NCBI GenBank assembly: GCA_043784925.1
Contig: JAYVXU010000025.1
Location: 22,649-86,648 of the forward strand
Length of the DNA stretch: 64,000 nt
Reading direction: 5' to 3'
DNA from: Candidatus Adlerbacteria bacterium
Lineage (GTDB): Bacteria > Patescibacteriota > Minisyncoccia > Phycocordibacterales > SBAW01
In this document: piece by piece, positions 8,560-17,139 of the stretch
How positions within the stretch are numbered: the first letter of the stretch is position 1
Layout of the letters: every line of letters starts with the position of its first letter
The notes under the pieces: generated by a model
What the model was told of the DNA's origin: nothing
What the model saw: the letters and a program-made list of their open reading frames with translations, nothing else
The model's database searches: none
Translations under genes and position numbers: made by a program

Positions 8560-9219
8560 ATGAACAGAGCATTGACATACAAGCAACAACGCGTACTGGA
8601 CGTTGTTAAAAATTATTTAGAAGTAACGAGTGCCTCACCAACCTTAGAACAATTGCGTACAAAATTGGGTTTTTCTTCTTTGCGCACAGTAGTGCAGTAC
8701 CTCGATATTCTTGAAGAAAAAGGGTATATAGTTCGTCATAGAGGTTTTAAGCGCAATATCGAACTTCGAAATGTTGATGGTGCGTGGGGGACAGTTTCTA
8801 TTCCTGTTATAGCAAATGTGGGTTGCGACGACCTGTCTGTCTTTGCGCAAGAAAAATGTGATGAATATATTGAAGTCGATAAGAGTATTGTCGACGAAGA
8901 AGAAGGAGGTATTGTTGCGGTACGTGCGATTGGAAATTCCATGAACGACGCGGGTATTAATACGGGGGACTATGTGCTGATACGCTTTACTAACCAGGCC
9001 CAAAATGGCGACCGAGTCGCAGCTATTGTTAATGACATGGTGACGGTGAAACGCCTCGAAAGGCGCGATGGGATGACGATTCTTTGGCCTGAATCTAAAG
9101 ATCCTAAGTTTAAGCCCATAATTTTGCGGGAAGACTTTAAGATTGCAGGAAAAGTGTTGTGTGTAATACCTGCTCCTGAGACTGAAATGACTGAAGTGGT
9201 GCCGCTTGATGAGTATTAA
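8560..9219 (+). CDS. lexA: LexA repressor (S24 peptidase family)
   Basis: N-terminal winged HTH. AIGNSMNDAGI carries the catalytic Ser in G-N-SM context. A catalytic Lys follows in VKRLE. The 219-aa length and overall pattern are classic LexA. Confidence 0.85.
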   Translation: MNRALTYKQQRVLDVVKNYLEVTSASPTLEQLRTKLGFSSLRTVVQYLDILEEKGYIVRHRGFKRNIELRNVDGAWGTVSIPVIANVGCDDLSVFAQEKCDEYIEVDKSIVDEEEGGIVAVRAIGNSMNDAGINTGDYVLIRFTNQAQNGDRVAAIVNDMVTVKRLERRDGMTILWPESKDPKFKPIILREDFKIAGKVLCVIPAPETEMTEVVPLDEY

Positions 9220-9280
9220 AACTCTCCTGTTACTCCAAGGTATACTACGGTATGAATAAGTCACGGGTTCGGTTTTTCTC

Positions 9281-10015
9281 TTGAGTAACTTACACTTTCA
9301 TCTTTATATGCGGCACTACATTTGTATACTCAAAAAAGTTGTAACTACTAGTATTGTTATGGGGGCGATTGTAGGCCTCTTTAGTATGTTGCTCATCACG
9401 TACGTTACGGTCAGTACCTATTCAAGCATTTTTGAAAATGTGGATGAAATATCAAATAAACCTGTAGCACTACTTCTTGGTGCTTCTGTTCGCTCAAGTG
9501 GGGCGCTTTCGCCTGTTTTAAAAGAAAGGGCGGATGCTGCGTATGAGCTCTATAGTAAAAAAAAGGTGCTCAAAATTTTAGTGAGTGGTGACAACAGCTC
9601 TCTTGCGTATGACGAAGTATATCCGGTCGGCAAGTATCTCATGAGCAAGGGAGTGCCCCAGGCAGATATATTCCTTGATTACGCGGGGTTTGATACCTAC
9701 AGCAGTGTATTTCGTGCAAAAAAAATATTTGGGGTAACCTCAATGATTATTGTGTCGCAAGCATTCCACCTCCCTCGTGCTTTGTTTATTGCCAGACATA
9801 TGGGTATTTCTGCTGTTGGCGTCGACGCTTCTCATTCGGGGGATTTGTATATAAACAATACATTGCGAGAAATCCCGGCGACAGTAAAAGCTTTTTTTGA
9901 TTTAGTTACTTACAGACAGCCTCGATATTTGGGTCCAAGTTTTAATGTTTTAGGAAGTGGCATTGCAACATGGGTGGGGCCCCGCACCGAAATGATTTAT
10001 TTTATACATGAGTAA
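9281..10015 (+). CDS. SanA/YdcF/DUF218 family membrane-anchored protein
   Basis: N-terminal TM, then the DUF218 core (LLLGASV...ILVSGD ... GVPQADIFLDYAGFDTYSS). The true start may be the internal Met at about 9359. Confidence 0.7.
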   Translation: MSNLHFHLYMRHYICILKKVVTTSIVMGAIVGLFSMLLITYVTVSTYSSIFENVDEISNKPVALLLGASVRSSGALSPVLKERADAAYELYSKKKVLKILVSGDNSSLAYDEVYPVGKYLMSKGVPQADIFLDYAGFDTYSSVFRAKKIFGVTSMIIVSQAFHLPRALFIARHMGISAVGVDASHSGDLYINNTLREIPATVKAFFDLVTYRQPRYLGPSFNVLGSGIATWVGPRTEMIYFIHE

Positions 10016-10126
10016 CAAAGTAGGGGATATTTCGGGCGTTCACAGGCTAGACTTGTAACCTGTGGAAATTATAAATTGAGAACGGTATACTATAGGTATG
10101 CTTACCAATAATAAAAACCAAGGTGT

Positions 10127-10444
10127 ATGTCTAATGTAATTAAAATTCTTATTGTAGTTGTTGTGCTGGCAGGCGGTGCATCGCTTGTAATGTGGAGTGG
10201 TGTGTTAAAACCAAAACCTGTAGTGTCAACTGCGCCTCCTGTGCAGCCGGTTACCGCTCCAGACCCTGCTCCCGCACCTCAGCCAGAAATGAATATGAAT
10301 GGTATGGCCGCCGCTAATGACGCTAATGACGCTGCTCTTGTTCAAGATATGGCTGCTATCGATACGCAAATACAAGGTTTAACTACTGACTCAGCTTCAG
10401 TAGATTCGAGCCTCAATGATAAATCTATGGCTCAAGCATACTAA
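10127..10444 (+). CDS. Small membrane-anchored Pro/Ala-rich protein, hypothetical
   Basis: 105 aa with an N-terminal TM and a PAPAPQP-rich linker. Confidence 0.4.
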   Translation: MSNVIKILIVVVVLAGGASLVMWSGVLKPKPVVSTAPPVQPVTAPDPAPAPQPEMNMNGMAAANDANDAALVQDMAAIDTQIQGLTTDSASVDSSLNDKSMAQAY

Positions 10445-11324
10445 TCACTACTATATTATGACTATCCAAACTCGAATTAAACTTGTACAACTCGCCACGC
10501 TCCTTGTAGGTGGCTCACTTCTTACTCCTGTGTTTGCTTATGCAGCAGGCGTAAATGTTACAACAGAAGCAAAAACTGCAGTTACTGCAGGCGCTGTGTC
10601 AGCCTCCTCCACAGCCTCAGTAAAGGTTGATGCTAAATTGCAACCTGCAATAGACAAGGCTGATAAAGAAATTGACCGACGAATTGCATCTTTAAATGAA
10701 CTCACGACACGCATTGATGCTACGCAGCGAGTTACTGCTGAGTTTAAACAAAAGCTAACGACAAATGTTCAAAATCACATCACAGGCCTTAACCAACTAA
10801 AAGCAAAAATTGATGCAGACACAGATGCTGCAACTTTGAAAACTGATATTAAAACTATTACCGAGTCCTACCGGGTATATATGCTTATAGTGCCTCAAGC
10901 ACGTATTGCAACTGCTGCTGACCGTGAAATTACTCTTATCACCATGATGAATCAGTTGGGAGCTAAGCTTCAGGCACGATTGTCGTCGGCCCAAAGTACC
11001 GGTGCAAATGTGACTGCGCTCCTCACTGCTTTGACCGACATGAGTAAAAAACTAAATGATGCGAGTACTCAAGCACAAGCTGCGGTGTCTGTGAGCTCTG
11101 CCTTGGCACCAGACGAAGGAGACAAAACAAAAATAACTCAAAACGCTGCTGCACTCAAAACAGCCCGCGCAGATATACAAAGTGCACACAAGGATCTTGT
11201 TGCAGCCCGCAAGGACGCAGAGGTTGTAACCAAGGGTCTTAAGGCCCTTCCTGCGGTCAGTGCTACTGCTAGTTCAACCACAAAAGTTAAAACTCCTGCC
11301 ACTACTTCAACCACAAGTCACTAA
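10416..11324 (+). CDS. Secreted Ala/Thr/Lys-rich coiled-coil protein, hypothetical
   Basis: Signal peptide (LLVGGSLLTPVFAYAAG) followed by a long heptad-like Ala/Gln/Lys/Thr-rich sequence. Likely start at the Met at about 10458. Confidence 0.5.
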   Translation: MINLWLKHTNHYYIMTIQTRIKLVQLATLLVGGSLLTPVFAYAAGVNVTTEAKTAVTAGAVSASSTASVKVDAKLQPAIDKADKEIDRRIASLNELTTRIDATQRVTAEFKQKLTTNVQNHITGLNQLKAKIDADTDAATLKTDIKTITESYRVYMLIVPQARIATAADREITLITMMNQLGAKLQARLSSAQSTGANVTALLTALTDMSKKLNDASTQAQAAVSVSSALAPDEGDKTKITQNAAALKTARADIQSAHKDLVAARKDAEVVTKGLKALPAVSATASSTTKVKTPATTSTTSH

Positions 11325-11377
11325 CTATTCTTTGACTCGTTCCAAAATGCTCCTACTCTGTAGGAGCATTTTGCGTT

Positions 11378-12433
11378 ATGCTAAAAAGAATGACAAATTT
11401 TCAAAAGGTTAGTGCATGGATAACTGCCGTGGGGGTAGGAATACTAGCGCCACTCGTGTCTTCTGCTCACGAGGTATATGTACTAACCCCAGAAGAAATA
11501 CACAAAGGCGTATCTTCTTTTTCGCCTAATCCTTTTCTTGCAATTTCAGAGCATGAATCACTTTTTGTGTTTTGGGGAATAGTTTCTTTTTTAGTTGTAG
11601 TTACCATATTTTGTTTCTCGCTTTTTCGAAGGGTTGAAAAAATGCTGTACCCCTCGTTTATGCGTATGAAACATTTTGCACCTTTAATTGTTCGTGTGAC
11701 GCTTGGCGTGTGTCTCATGACTAGTGCTTACTACAATAGTTTGTTTGGTCCGGAGTTGCCTCTTAGTACACTAACGAGCCCTGTAGCTTTATTTTTACAA
11801 ATAGCACTCTTTATATCTGGACTCTGTATTGCTCTGGGCTATCTAACCCGGCTCGCTGCACTTTTGGCTTTGTGTATATTTGGAGTGGGAGTCTTATTTT
11901 TTGGGGTATACATGGTTACCTATAGTAATTTTATAGGCGAAATGCTCTTGGTTGCAATTGTAGGAGGGGGCATAGTGTCGCTTGATGGTCAAAAGCAGGC
12001 CCGGCAAGTATGGCTTAAAAAAATTATTACGTATTTTGAGTCAAGAAGTTTTTTACTATTACGCATTGGGTTTGGTATGTCGGTTATGGCCGCAGCCGTA
12101 TATGCAAAATTTCTTCATAGTAACTTAGCGCTTGAAACGATTCAAAAATATTCTCTAACAAGCTACTTTCATTTCGACCCACTGTTTATAGTGCTCGGTG
12201 CTTTTATTATTGAAATACTCATTGGAGTATTTATCATACTAGGTGTGGAGCTTCGTTGGACCGCAATTTTCTTTCTTTTTTGGCTTAGTTTGTCAGTGGT
12301 GGTGTTTGGAGAGTCAGTGTGGCCGCACCTTGTATTGGTGGGGCTCAATCTTGCTCTTATATTCCATGGGTATGACCGCTACACTATTATTGGAAGATTT
12401 TTTACCCACCCTGACCGCGAACCAGTGTTGTAG
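11378..12433 (+). CDS. Polytopic membrane protein with tandem DoxX-like modules
   Basis: 351 aa and about 9 TM. Two repeats carry a DoxX-like LxRxxLG signature (LIVRVTLGVCL ; LLLRIGFGMSVMAAAVYAKF). Confidence 0.4.
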   Translation: MLKRMTNFQKVSAWITAVGVGILAPLVSSAHEVYVLTPEEIHKGVSSFSPNPFLAISEHESLFVFWGIVSFLVVVTIFCFSLFRRVEKMLYPSFMRMKHFAPLIVRVTLGVCLMTSAYYNSLFGPELPLSTLTSPVALFLQIALFISGLCIALGYLTRLAALLALCIFGVGVLFFGVYMVTYSNFIGEMLLVAIVGGGIVSLDGQKQARQVWLKKIITYFESRSFLLLRIGFGMSVMAAAVYAKFLHSNLALETIQKYSLTSYFHFDPLFIVLGAFIIEILIGVFIILGVELRWTAIFFLFWLSLSVVVFGESVWPHLVLVGLNLALIFHGYDRYTIIGRFFTHPDREPVL

Positions 12434-12453
12434 ACTATGCTACACTGGTTTCT

Positions 12454-12672
12454 ATGACGGAACTTACTCCAGAAATTGAGTCGAAACTTGATATGCTAGA
12501 AGCAAAGATCGACGCCCTGTATGTTTCTACAGAAAAAACGCGAAAAATTTTAAAGTGGACTGGCATTATTACTATTGCCACTTTTGTTATTCCTTTACTG
12601 CTAGCACCCCTTCTCATCCCGCTTCTCCCTGCCTTTTTCCAGTCGCAAGGAGTCGCTATCCCTGGACTATAG
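12454..12672 (+). CDS. Small coiled-coil plus TM protein, hypothetical
   Basis: 72 aa with a C-terminal TM segment. Confidence 0.35.
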   Translation: MTELTPEIESKLDMLEAKIDALYVSTEKTRKILKWTGIITIATFVIPLLLAPLLIPLLPAFFQSQGVAIPGL

Positions 12673-12772
12673 ACTAAAACTCCAACGACTTGCCTTATTT
12701 TAAAAAGGTGGTAGGATGCGCCGAGCTTCTTATTAGGGCCTGGTGCATTCTATTATCTAATCTATAAGTATT

Positions 12773-13681
12773 ATGTTGTTTTCTACATTTTCGCGTAAGG
12801 CTGTTTTTACCCTCGTACTCGCTCTCGCCGCTCTCCCCGTGCTTTCGTATGCTCAAAATTACAACTGCACGTACCCCTTTTATAATGGTACTGGCACCTG
12901 TGCCCAGCCTGGAATGCTACACGTCTATGTGGTTACTCTCCCTACTAGCAACCAGCCATCTCGCGTACCTGCAGACTTCACTGTGGTAGTGCATGCTCAG
13001 AGTGTGCCCCAGCAAACATTTGCGGGTTCACAAAGCGGCACCACCGTCACCCTCCAAGGTGCATATACTGTCGAAGTGCTTCCTATGCAAAATTACACCC
13101 AAACGTATTCTCGAGGTTGTACGGGGACCATATACTCACAAGAAGAAACATGTGTTATCACTATGAGCCCGAACTATGCGTATAGCGTGCCGGTGACACC
13201 TTACCAGTATCCATACCCTTACGCGCAAAATGTCTTAACCTGTGCGCCAGCGTACCAAACAGTGAGTCTTGGACAGAGTGTACACTTTACTGCAATCGGA
13301 GGCACGAACCCTTATACATGGTCTACGGGTCACTCTACATACCAAGCGATTGGCCCTGTCTTTAACACCGTACTTCAAAACTCTGGAGAGCAAACTGTCA
13401 GTGTCTCGAACGGAACACAAACAGCGGTATGTACTGTCAACGTAGTGGGCGGACATGGACCTGTGATGCCTCCACCTACAACTATTTCAACTATTTCAAA
13501 CACCACCATTGTAGGCCCTGCAACTTTTACTGCGCAATATGTGCCAGCACCAAGGCTTCCTAACACAGGATTTGGCCCAGCATCACTTGTTCAGTGGATA
13601 TTTGCTGTATTGGCACTAGCAGGTGTTGGTGTCCTCATAACTCCGTATGTTAGAAAATCGTTCGTATCCATTGCGCAATAA
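12773..13681 (+). CDS. LPXTG (LPNTG) cell-wall-anchored surface protein
   Basis: N-terminal signal peptide. The C-terminus has LPNTG, then a hydrophobic stretch (WIFAVLALAGVGVLI) and a positively charged tail (RKS), the canonical sortase sorting signal. Confidence 0.8.
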   Translation: MLFSTFSRKAVFTLVLALAALPVLSYAQNYNCTYPFYNGTGTCAQPGMLHVYVVTLPTSNQPSRVPADFTVVVHAQSVPQQTFAGSQSGTTVTLQGAYTVEVLPMQNYTQTYSRGCTGTIYSQEETCVITMSPNYAYSVPVTPYQYPYPYAQNVLTCAPAYQTVSLGQSVHFTAIGGTNPYTWSTGHSTYQAIGPVFNTVLQNSGEQTVSVSNGTQTAVCTVNVVGGHGPVMPPPTTISTISNTTIVGPATFTAQYVPAPRLPNTGFGPASLVQWIFAVLALAGVGVLITPYVRKSFVSIAQ

Positions 13682-14309
13682 TAACTATTCAAAAGTGCGT
13701 CAGTATATAGTCCACATAACCTGTGCTGTTTTGGGTGGGTTAGTGGTTGTGTATGGCGCAAATGACGTAGTACATAGAATACGAGCCTATCCACTTCAGA
13801 GTGCAGTTTCAAAGCCGGTTGTGACCGCAACCTCACCTATATACCTAGACAGTGCACCTGCACTTGTACCGGCACGTATTAGCGTGCCGGCAATTGGTGT
13901 TAATGCAGAAGTTGAAGAAGTTCAAAAAACAAAAGCAGGTGCTATGGCAACTCCAACAAAATTTAGTAATGTAGGTTGGTATACCCTCGGGGTTTCTCCT
14001 GGTGCTGCCGGGAATGCCGTATTTGATGGTCATGTAAATAACGCACTTACCAGGGCGGGTGTATTTGAACATCTCTCTTTAGTCAAAGTGGGGGATACTG
14101 TTGTGGTCATTAATGCGCAAGCACAAAGGCTTGTCTTTGTAGTGACTGATATAGAGGACTATACAAATGACGAAGCTCCACTAGAAAGAATATTTGCGAT
14201 TGACGGCCCGTCTGGTGTGGTACTTATAACCTGTGCAGGGGAGTGGGATGCTCATGCGAGGTCTTTCAATAAGCGTCTGGTGGTATACGCTCGACTCGTG
14301 TCGGAGTAG
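13647..14309 (+). CDS. Sortase (class E/F-like transpeptidase)
   Basis: N-terminal TM anchor, catalytic His in FDGHV, TLxTC motif as VLITCAG (catalytic Cys), downstream Arg. Overlaps the end of the LPNTG substrate gene. Confidence 0.8.
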   Translation: MLENRSYPLRNNNYSKVRQYIVHITCAVLGGLVVVYGANDVVHRIRAYPLQSAVSKPVVTATSPIYLDSAPALVPARISVPAIGVNAEVEEVQKTKAGAMATPTKFSNVGWYTLGVSPGAAGNAVFDGHVNNALTRAGVFEHLSLVKVGDTVVVINAQAQRLVFVVTDIEDYTNDEAPLERIFAIDGPSGVVLITCAGEWDAHARSFNKRLVVYARLVSE

Positions 14310-14458
14310 ATTCTGCAGATTGTGCTTTGACTGTGTTCATGGTATCCTAGCGCTGTTCCTAAGTAAGTTCTCCGGTCCGCAGTGCGGCAATGTAGGGGAG
14401 GTCGCCTTACGAGAAGAACGGGGCAAATAGCCCTATTAATTCATTCGATAGCGCAACT

Positions 14459-14719
14459 ATGGTACAAAAGTTATTTGTAGGTGGCATCCCGTGGAAAACC
14501 ACGAAGGAAGAGCTCCAAGATGCATTTGCTAAAGCAGGTGAAGTTGTCTCAGCATCCATTGTTATGGATCGTGAGACTCGCGAATCTCGCGGATTTGGCT
14601 TCATTGAGATGGCAGATGAGGCAGCAGCTGACAGCGCAATTGCCATGTGGAATGGCAAGGAGTTCGGAGGCCGCATGCTCAAAGTGGACTACGCTCGCCC
14701 TAAGGAAGGCCAGCAGTAA
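14459..14719 (+). CDS. RRM-type RNA-binding protein
   Basis: RNP2 LFVGGI and RNP1 RGFGFIEM motifs. 86 aa. Confidence 0.9.
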   Translation: MVQKLFVGGIPWKTTKEELQDAFAKAGEVVSASIVMDRETRESRGFGFIEMADEAAADSAIAMWNGKEFGGRMLKVDYARPKEGQQ

Positions 14720-14763
14720 CAACTGCCCCCTCTAATTCCGGCTCTCAGCCGAAATGCAAAAAA

Positions 14764-14794
14764 TCCCTCCATCAACTGATAGGGGGATTTTTTG
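14764..14794 (+). terminator. Rho-independent terminator
   Basis: ATCCCTCC-loop-GGGGGAT hairpin followed by TTTTTT. Confidence 0.65.
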
Positions 14795-14857
14795 GTATTA
14801 TGATAAGCAAAGCAAAATTTTTAAAAAAGTCTTCATCCGCACTTTTTTATAGTCGCT

Positions 14858-15802
14858 ATGCTCCTTAAAAAAGCGGCACGTCCCCACCTAGACTTTTTTA
14901 AAAATTTTGCTTTGCATCGTATGCCGCTTATTAAAGAAATTAAAAAATATTATACGGAGCATGGTCGCAGTCATTTGCCATGGCGGCAGACTCACGACCC
15001 TTACAAAGTTTTGGTGTCTGAAGTAATGCTCCAACAGACGCAAGTTGACAGGGTGCTTCCCAAATACGAAGTTTTCATAAAAAAGTTTCCCACAGCTACT
15101 GCACTTTCAAAAGCAAATCTTCACGACGTTCTCGCCCTTTGGAGCGGGCTTGGCTACAATCGGCGCGCAAAATTTTTGCATGAGGCAGCAAAAGTTGTGG
15201 TTGTAAAATATAAAGGAAAATTCCCTAAAGATGTTTTTGTACTAGAAAGTTTGCCCGGTGTAGGGCCATACACTGCAAGAGCAATCGCTGCCTTTGCCTA
15301 TAACCAGCCTGTGGTATTTATTGAAACAAATATACGCACTGTCTTTATGTATTTTAGTATTTTACAAAATAACAAAATAGAAAATAAATCTTTTTCTATG
15401 AAAAGTATTAAAAATAATTCTGAAAAAATTTCAGACACAGAATTGTTGCCACTCATAAAGTATGCACTCACTCGCTCAAAAATGCAGCCGAGAGATTTTT
15501 ATGCTGCACTTATGGACTATGGCTCCTACCTTAAGCAATCGGGGGTACGCCTGAACAGTAAAAGTAAACACTATACAAAGCAGCCAAAATTCAAAGGCTC
15601 GGCAAGGCAACTTCGCGGAGAAATCGTCCGGCAACTGCTCGTCACTTCTTTAACGAAGCAGAAACTTATTAGTGCTACCGCTCACGCTCTTAGAATAGAA
15701 GTCAATGAAATTGAAAATAGTCGAATTGAAAAAGAAATACTTGTGCTGCTCAAAGAAAATCTGATAGAGAAAAAAGCAAAAAAATTTGAAATTAAAAAAT
15801 AA
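14858..15802 (+). CDS. HhH-GPD base-excision DNA glycosylase (MutY/Nth family) lacking Fe-S cluster motif
   Basis: LPWRQTHDPYKVLVSEVMLQQTQVDRV and the GLGYNRRAKFL HhH-GPD motif. No Cx6Cx2Cx5C cluster. Lys-rich C-terminal tail. Confidence 0.7.
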   Translation: MLLKKAARPHLDFFKNFALHRMPLIKEIKKYYTEHGRSHLPWRQTHDPYKVLVSEVMLQQTQVDRVLPKYEVFIKKFPTATALSKANLHDVLALWSGLGYNRRAKFLHEAAKVVVVKYKGKFPKDVFVLESLPGVGPYTARAIAAFAYNQPVVFIETNIRTVFMYFSILQNNKIENKSFSMKSIKNNSEKISDTELLPLIKYALTRSKMQPRDFYAALMDYGSYLKQSGVRLNSKSKHYTKQPKFKGSARQLRGEIVRQLLVTSLTKQKLISATAHALRIEVNEIENSRIEKEILVLLKENLIEKKAKKFEIKK

Positions 15803-16170
15803 AACGCTGAATATTTCAGCGTTATCTGATGCACAACTTCTTCTTTGTGGTAGGGAACAAAAAGCCAAGCGCATAGGATGGATATTCCTTAACAAGCCAC
15901 TCGTTACTTTCGTACCCTTCGCCTCGATGCTCCTGACCAAGTTGGAAGTGGGATACAGAGATATCGAAGGTGAGTTGCCTCAGGGCACTATTGGGACAGC
16001 CTGATAAATGCTCGGGCAGAGAGTTTCGCTCTAGTCGGCAATATATGCACCATGATGCAACGTGCCCTTTGGTCGGGCCCTCTTCCATTTCTGAGGTTCC
16101 TTTGAATGGTTGCTGATTTTTGTTATACCAGGTACTATCCGATTTAGCCACTCACAAAGGAATAAGTAAT

Positions 16171-16485
16171 ATGAACAGTGTCGACATGCTGTTTGTGAAT
16201 ACCCCAGATGTTACAGAGCTACCAGGTATAAATGATGGGATTAGGGGAGTAATATTTGATGTGATGTATGAGTGTGGTATAGCAATTGCTGGCCAAGCGG
16301 ACGAAATATCCCTCAATTCAAGGTTAGAGACAGGGCAAGGTAAACACTGCTTTATCACAGTTGCGCTCGAGACTTCTGTTGACGAAAGTGTGAGGCGAGA
16401 GTGCGAGTCAAAACTCGCCATGGAAGTTCTTCAATATTTACCTGATGATGTAAATTGCACCGCTAGTATTCTTGAATGCGCTTAG
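16171..16485 (+). CDS. Hypothetical acidic protein
   Basis: Internal ATG with an AAGGA SD 10 nt upstream, so I prefer it over the track start at 16120. Followed directly by a terminator. Confidence 0.4.
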   Translation: MNSVDMLFVNTPDVTELPGINDGIRGVIFDVMYECGIAIAGQADEISLNSRLETGQGKHCFITVALETSVDESVRRECESKLAMEVLQYLPDDVNCTASILECA

Positions 16486-16493
16486 ATAACTTG

Positions 16494-16521
16494 TCTCCAC
16501 TAACACTGGAGATTTTTATTT
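16494..16521 (+). terminator. Rho-independent terminator
   Basis: TCTCCA-CTAACAC-TGGAGA hairpin followed by TTTTTATTT. Confidence 0.65.
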
Positions 16522-16543
16522 GAGCGTATTCCCTCTGATAAGA

Positions 16544-16571
16544 AAAAACCACTCAGCGAAGAGTGGTTTTT
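16544..16571. terminator. Bidirectional terminator hairpin
   Basis: AAAAACCACTC-AGCGAA-GAGTGGTTTTT, with A-run and T-run on either side. Serves the minus gene ending at 16589. Confidence 0.65.
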
Positions 16572-16588
16572 GTACCGAATTCTAAACC

Positions 16589-17110
16589 TCAATGAGGTTT
16601 AGAAGTAAAATTCACATACTCAAGATTTATTACAGGTATTTTAACAATACCCTTATCCGTAAAATGTATGATGAAACTACCCTTGGTATATGTAGTGTCT
16701 ATGTCTGTACAGGCAAGAAGTCCGGAGCGATCAGGAGAAAGGCTAAGAGACGTCCGATTACCCACAATACTTTTCAGGTCGAGAACCAATGTCTGCTGTG
16801 GAATTGTCCAGAGCAAATATTTGAGACAGAGGTCAAGACGGTACAAGGATCTGTCTGACGTATCTTCTACGGTGACCTTGCTTGTGCCTTTTTTAAGAGT
16901 ACATTTCAGCGTCCCATCCCAAGTGATCTGACATAGTACAACTCTTGTCTGCAAGAACCTGGCTCGTCCGAAGGACAAGTGTACCCTTCCGCCGCGTTCT
17001 TTAACAAGATGGTCAGTAGCGGCCACTAAAATCTGGGCCATTCTACTTTGTTCCCGAGCGTCCATGATAAAGCTCCTTGAACGTATCCCACGAGACGTCA
17101 ATGGGTCCAA
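16589..17110 (-). CDS. Hypothetical protein (173 aa), relatively GC-rich
   Basis: Long ORF bracketed by terminators. No recognisable family. Confidence 0.45.
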   Translation of the reverse strand: MDPLTSRGIRSRSFIMDAREQSRMAQILVAATDHLVKERGGRVHLSFGRARFLQTRVVLCQITWDGTLKCTLKKGTSKVTVEDTSDRSLYRLDLCLKYLLWTIPQQTLVLDLKSIVGNRTSLSLSPDRSGLLACTDIDTTYTKGSFIIHFTDKGIVKIPVINLEYVNFTSKPH

Positions 17111-17139
17111 AAATATAATACCTTAAATTATTTGTTTCG

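Noticed and set aside
10296-10330. Short tandem repeat GCCGCTAATGAC GCTAATGAC as possible CRISPR or mini-satellite
   Set aside because: Only two 9-nt units lie inside a coding region and encode AANDANDAA. There are no spacers or multiple copies.
15803-16170. Minus ORF 15822..16151 (109 aa) and plus ORF 15786..16004 as genes
   Set aside because: They overlap each other and the better-supported plus gene starting at 16171. No SD or family signal. Left unannotated as an uncertain region of about 47% GC.
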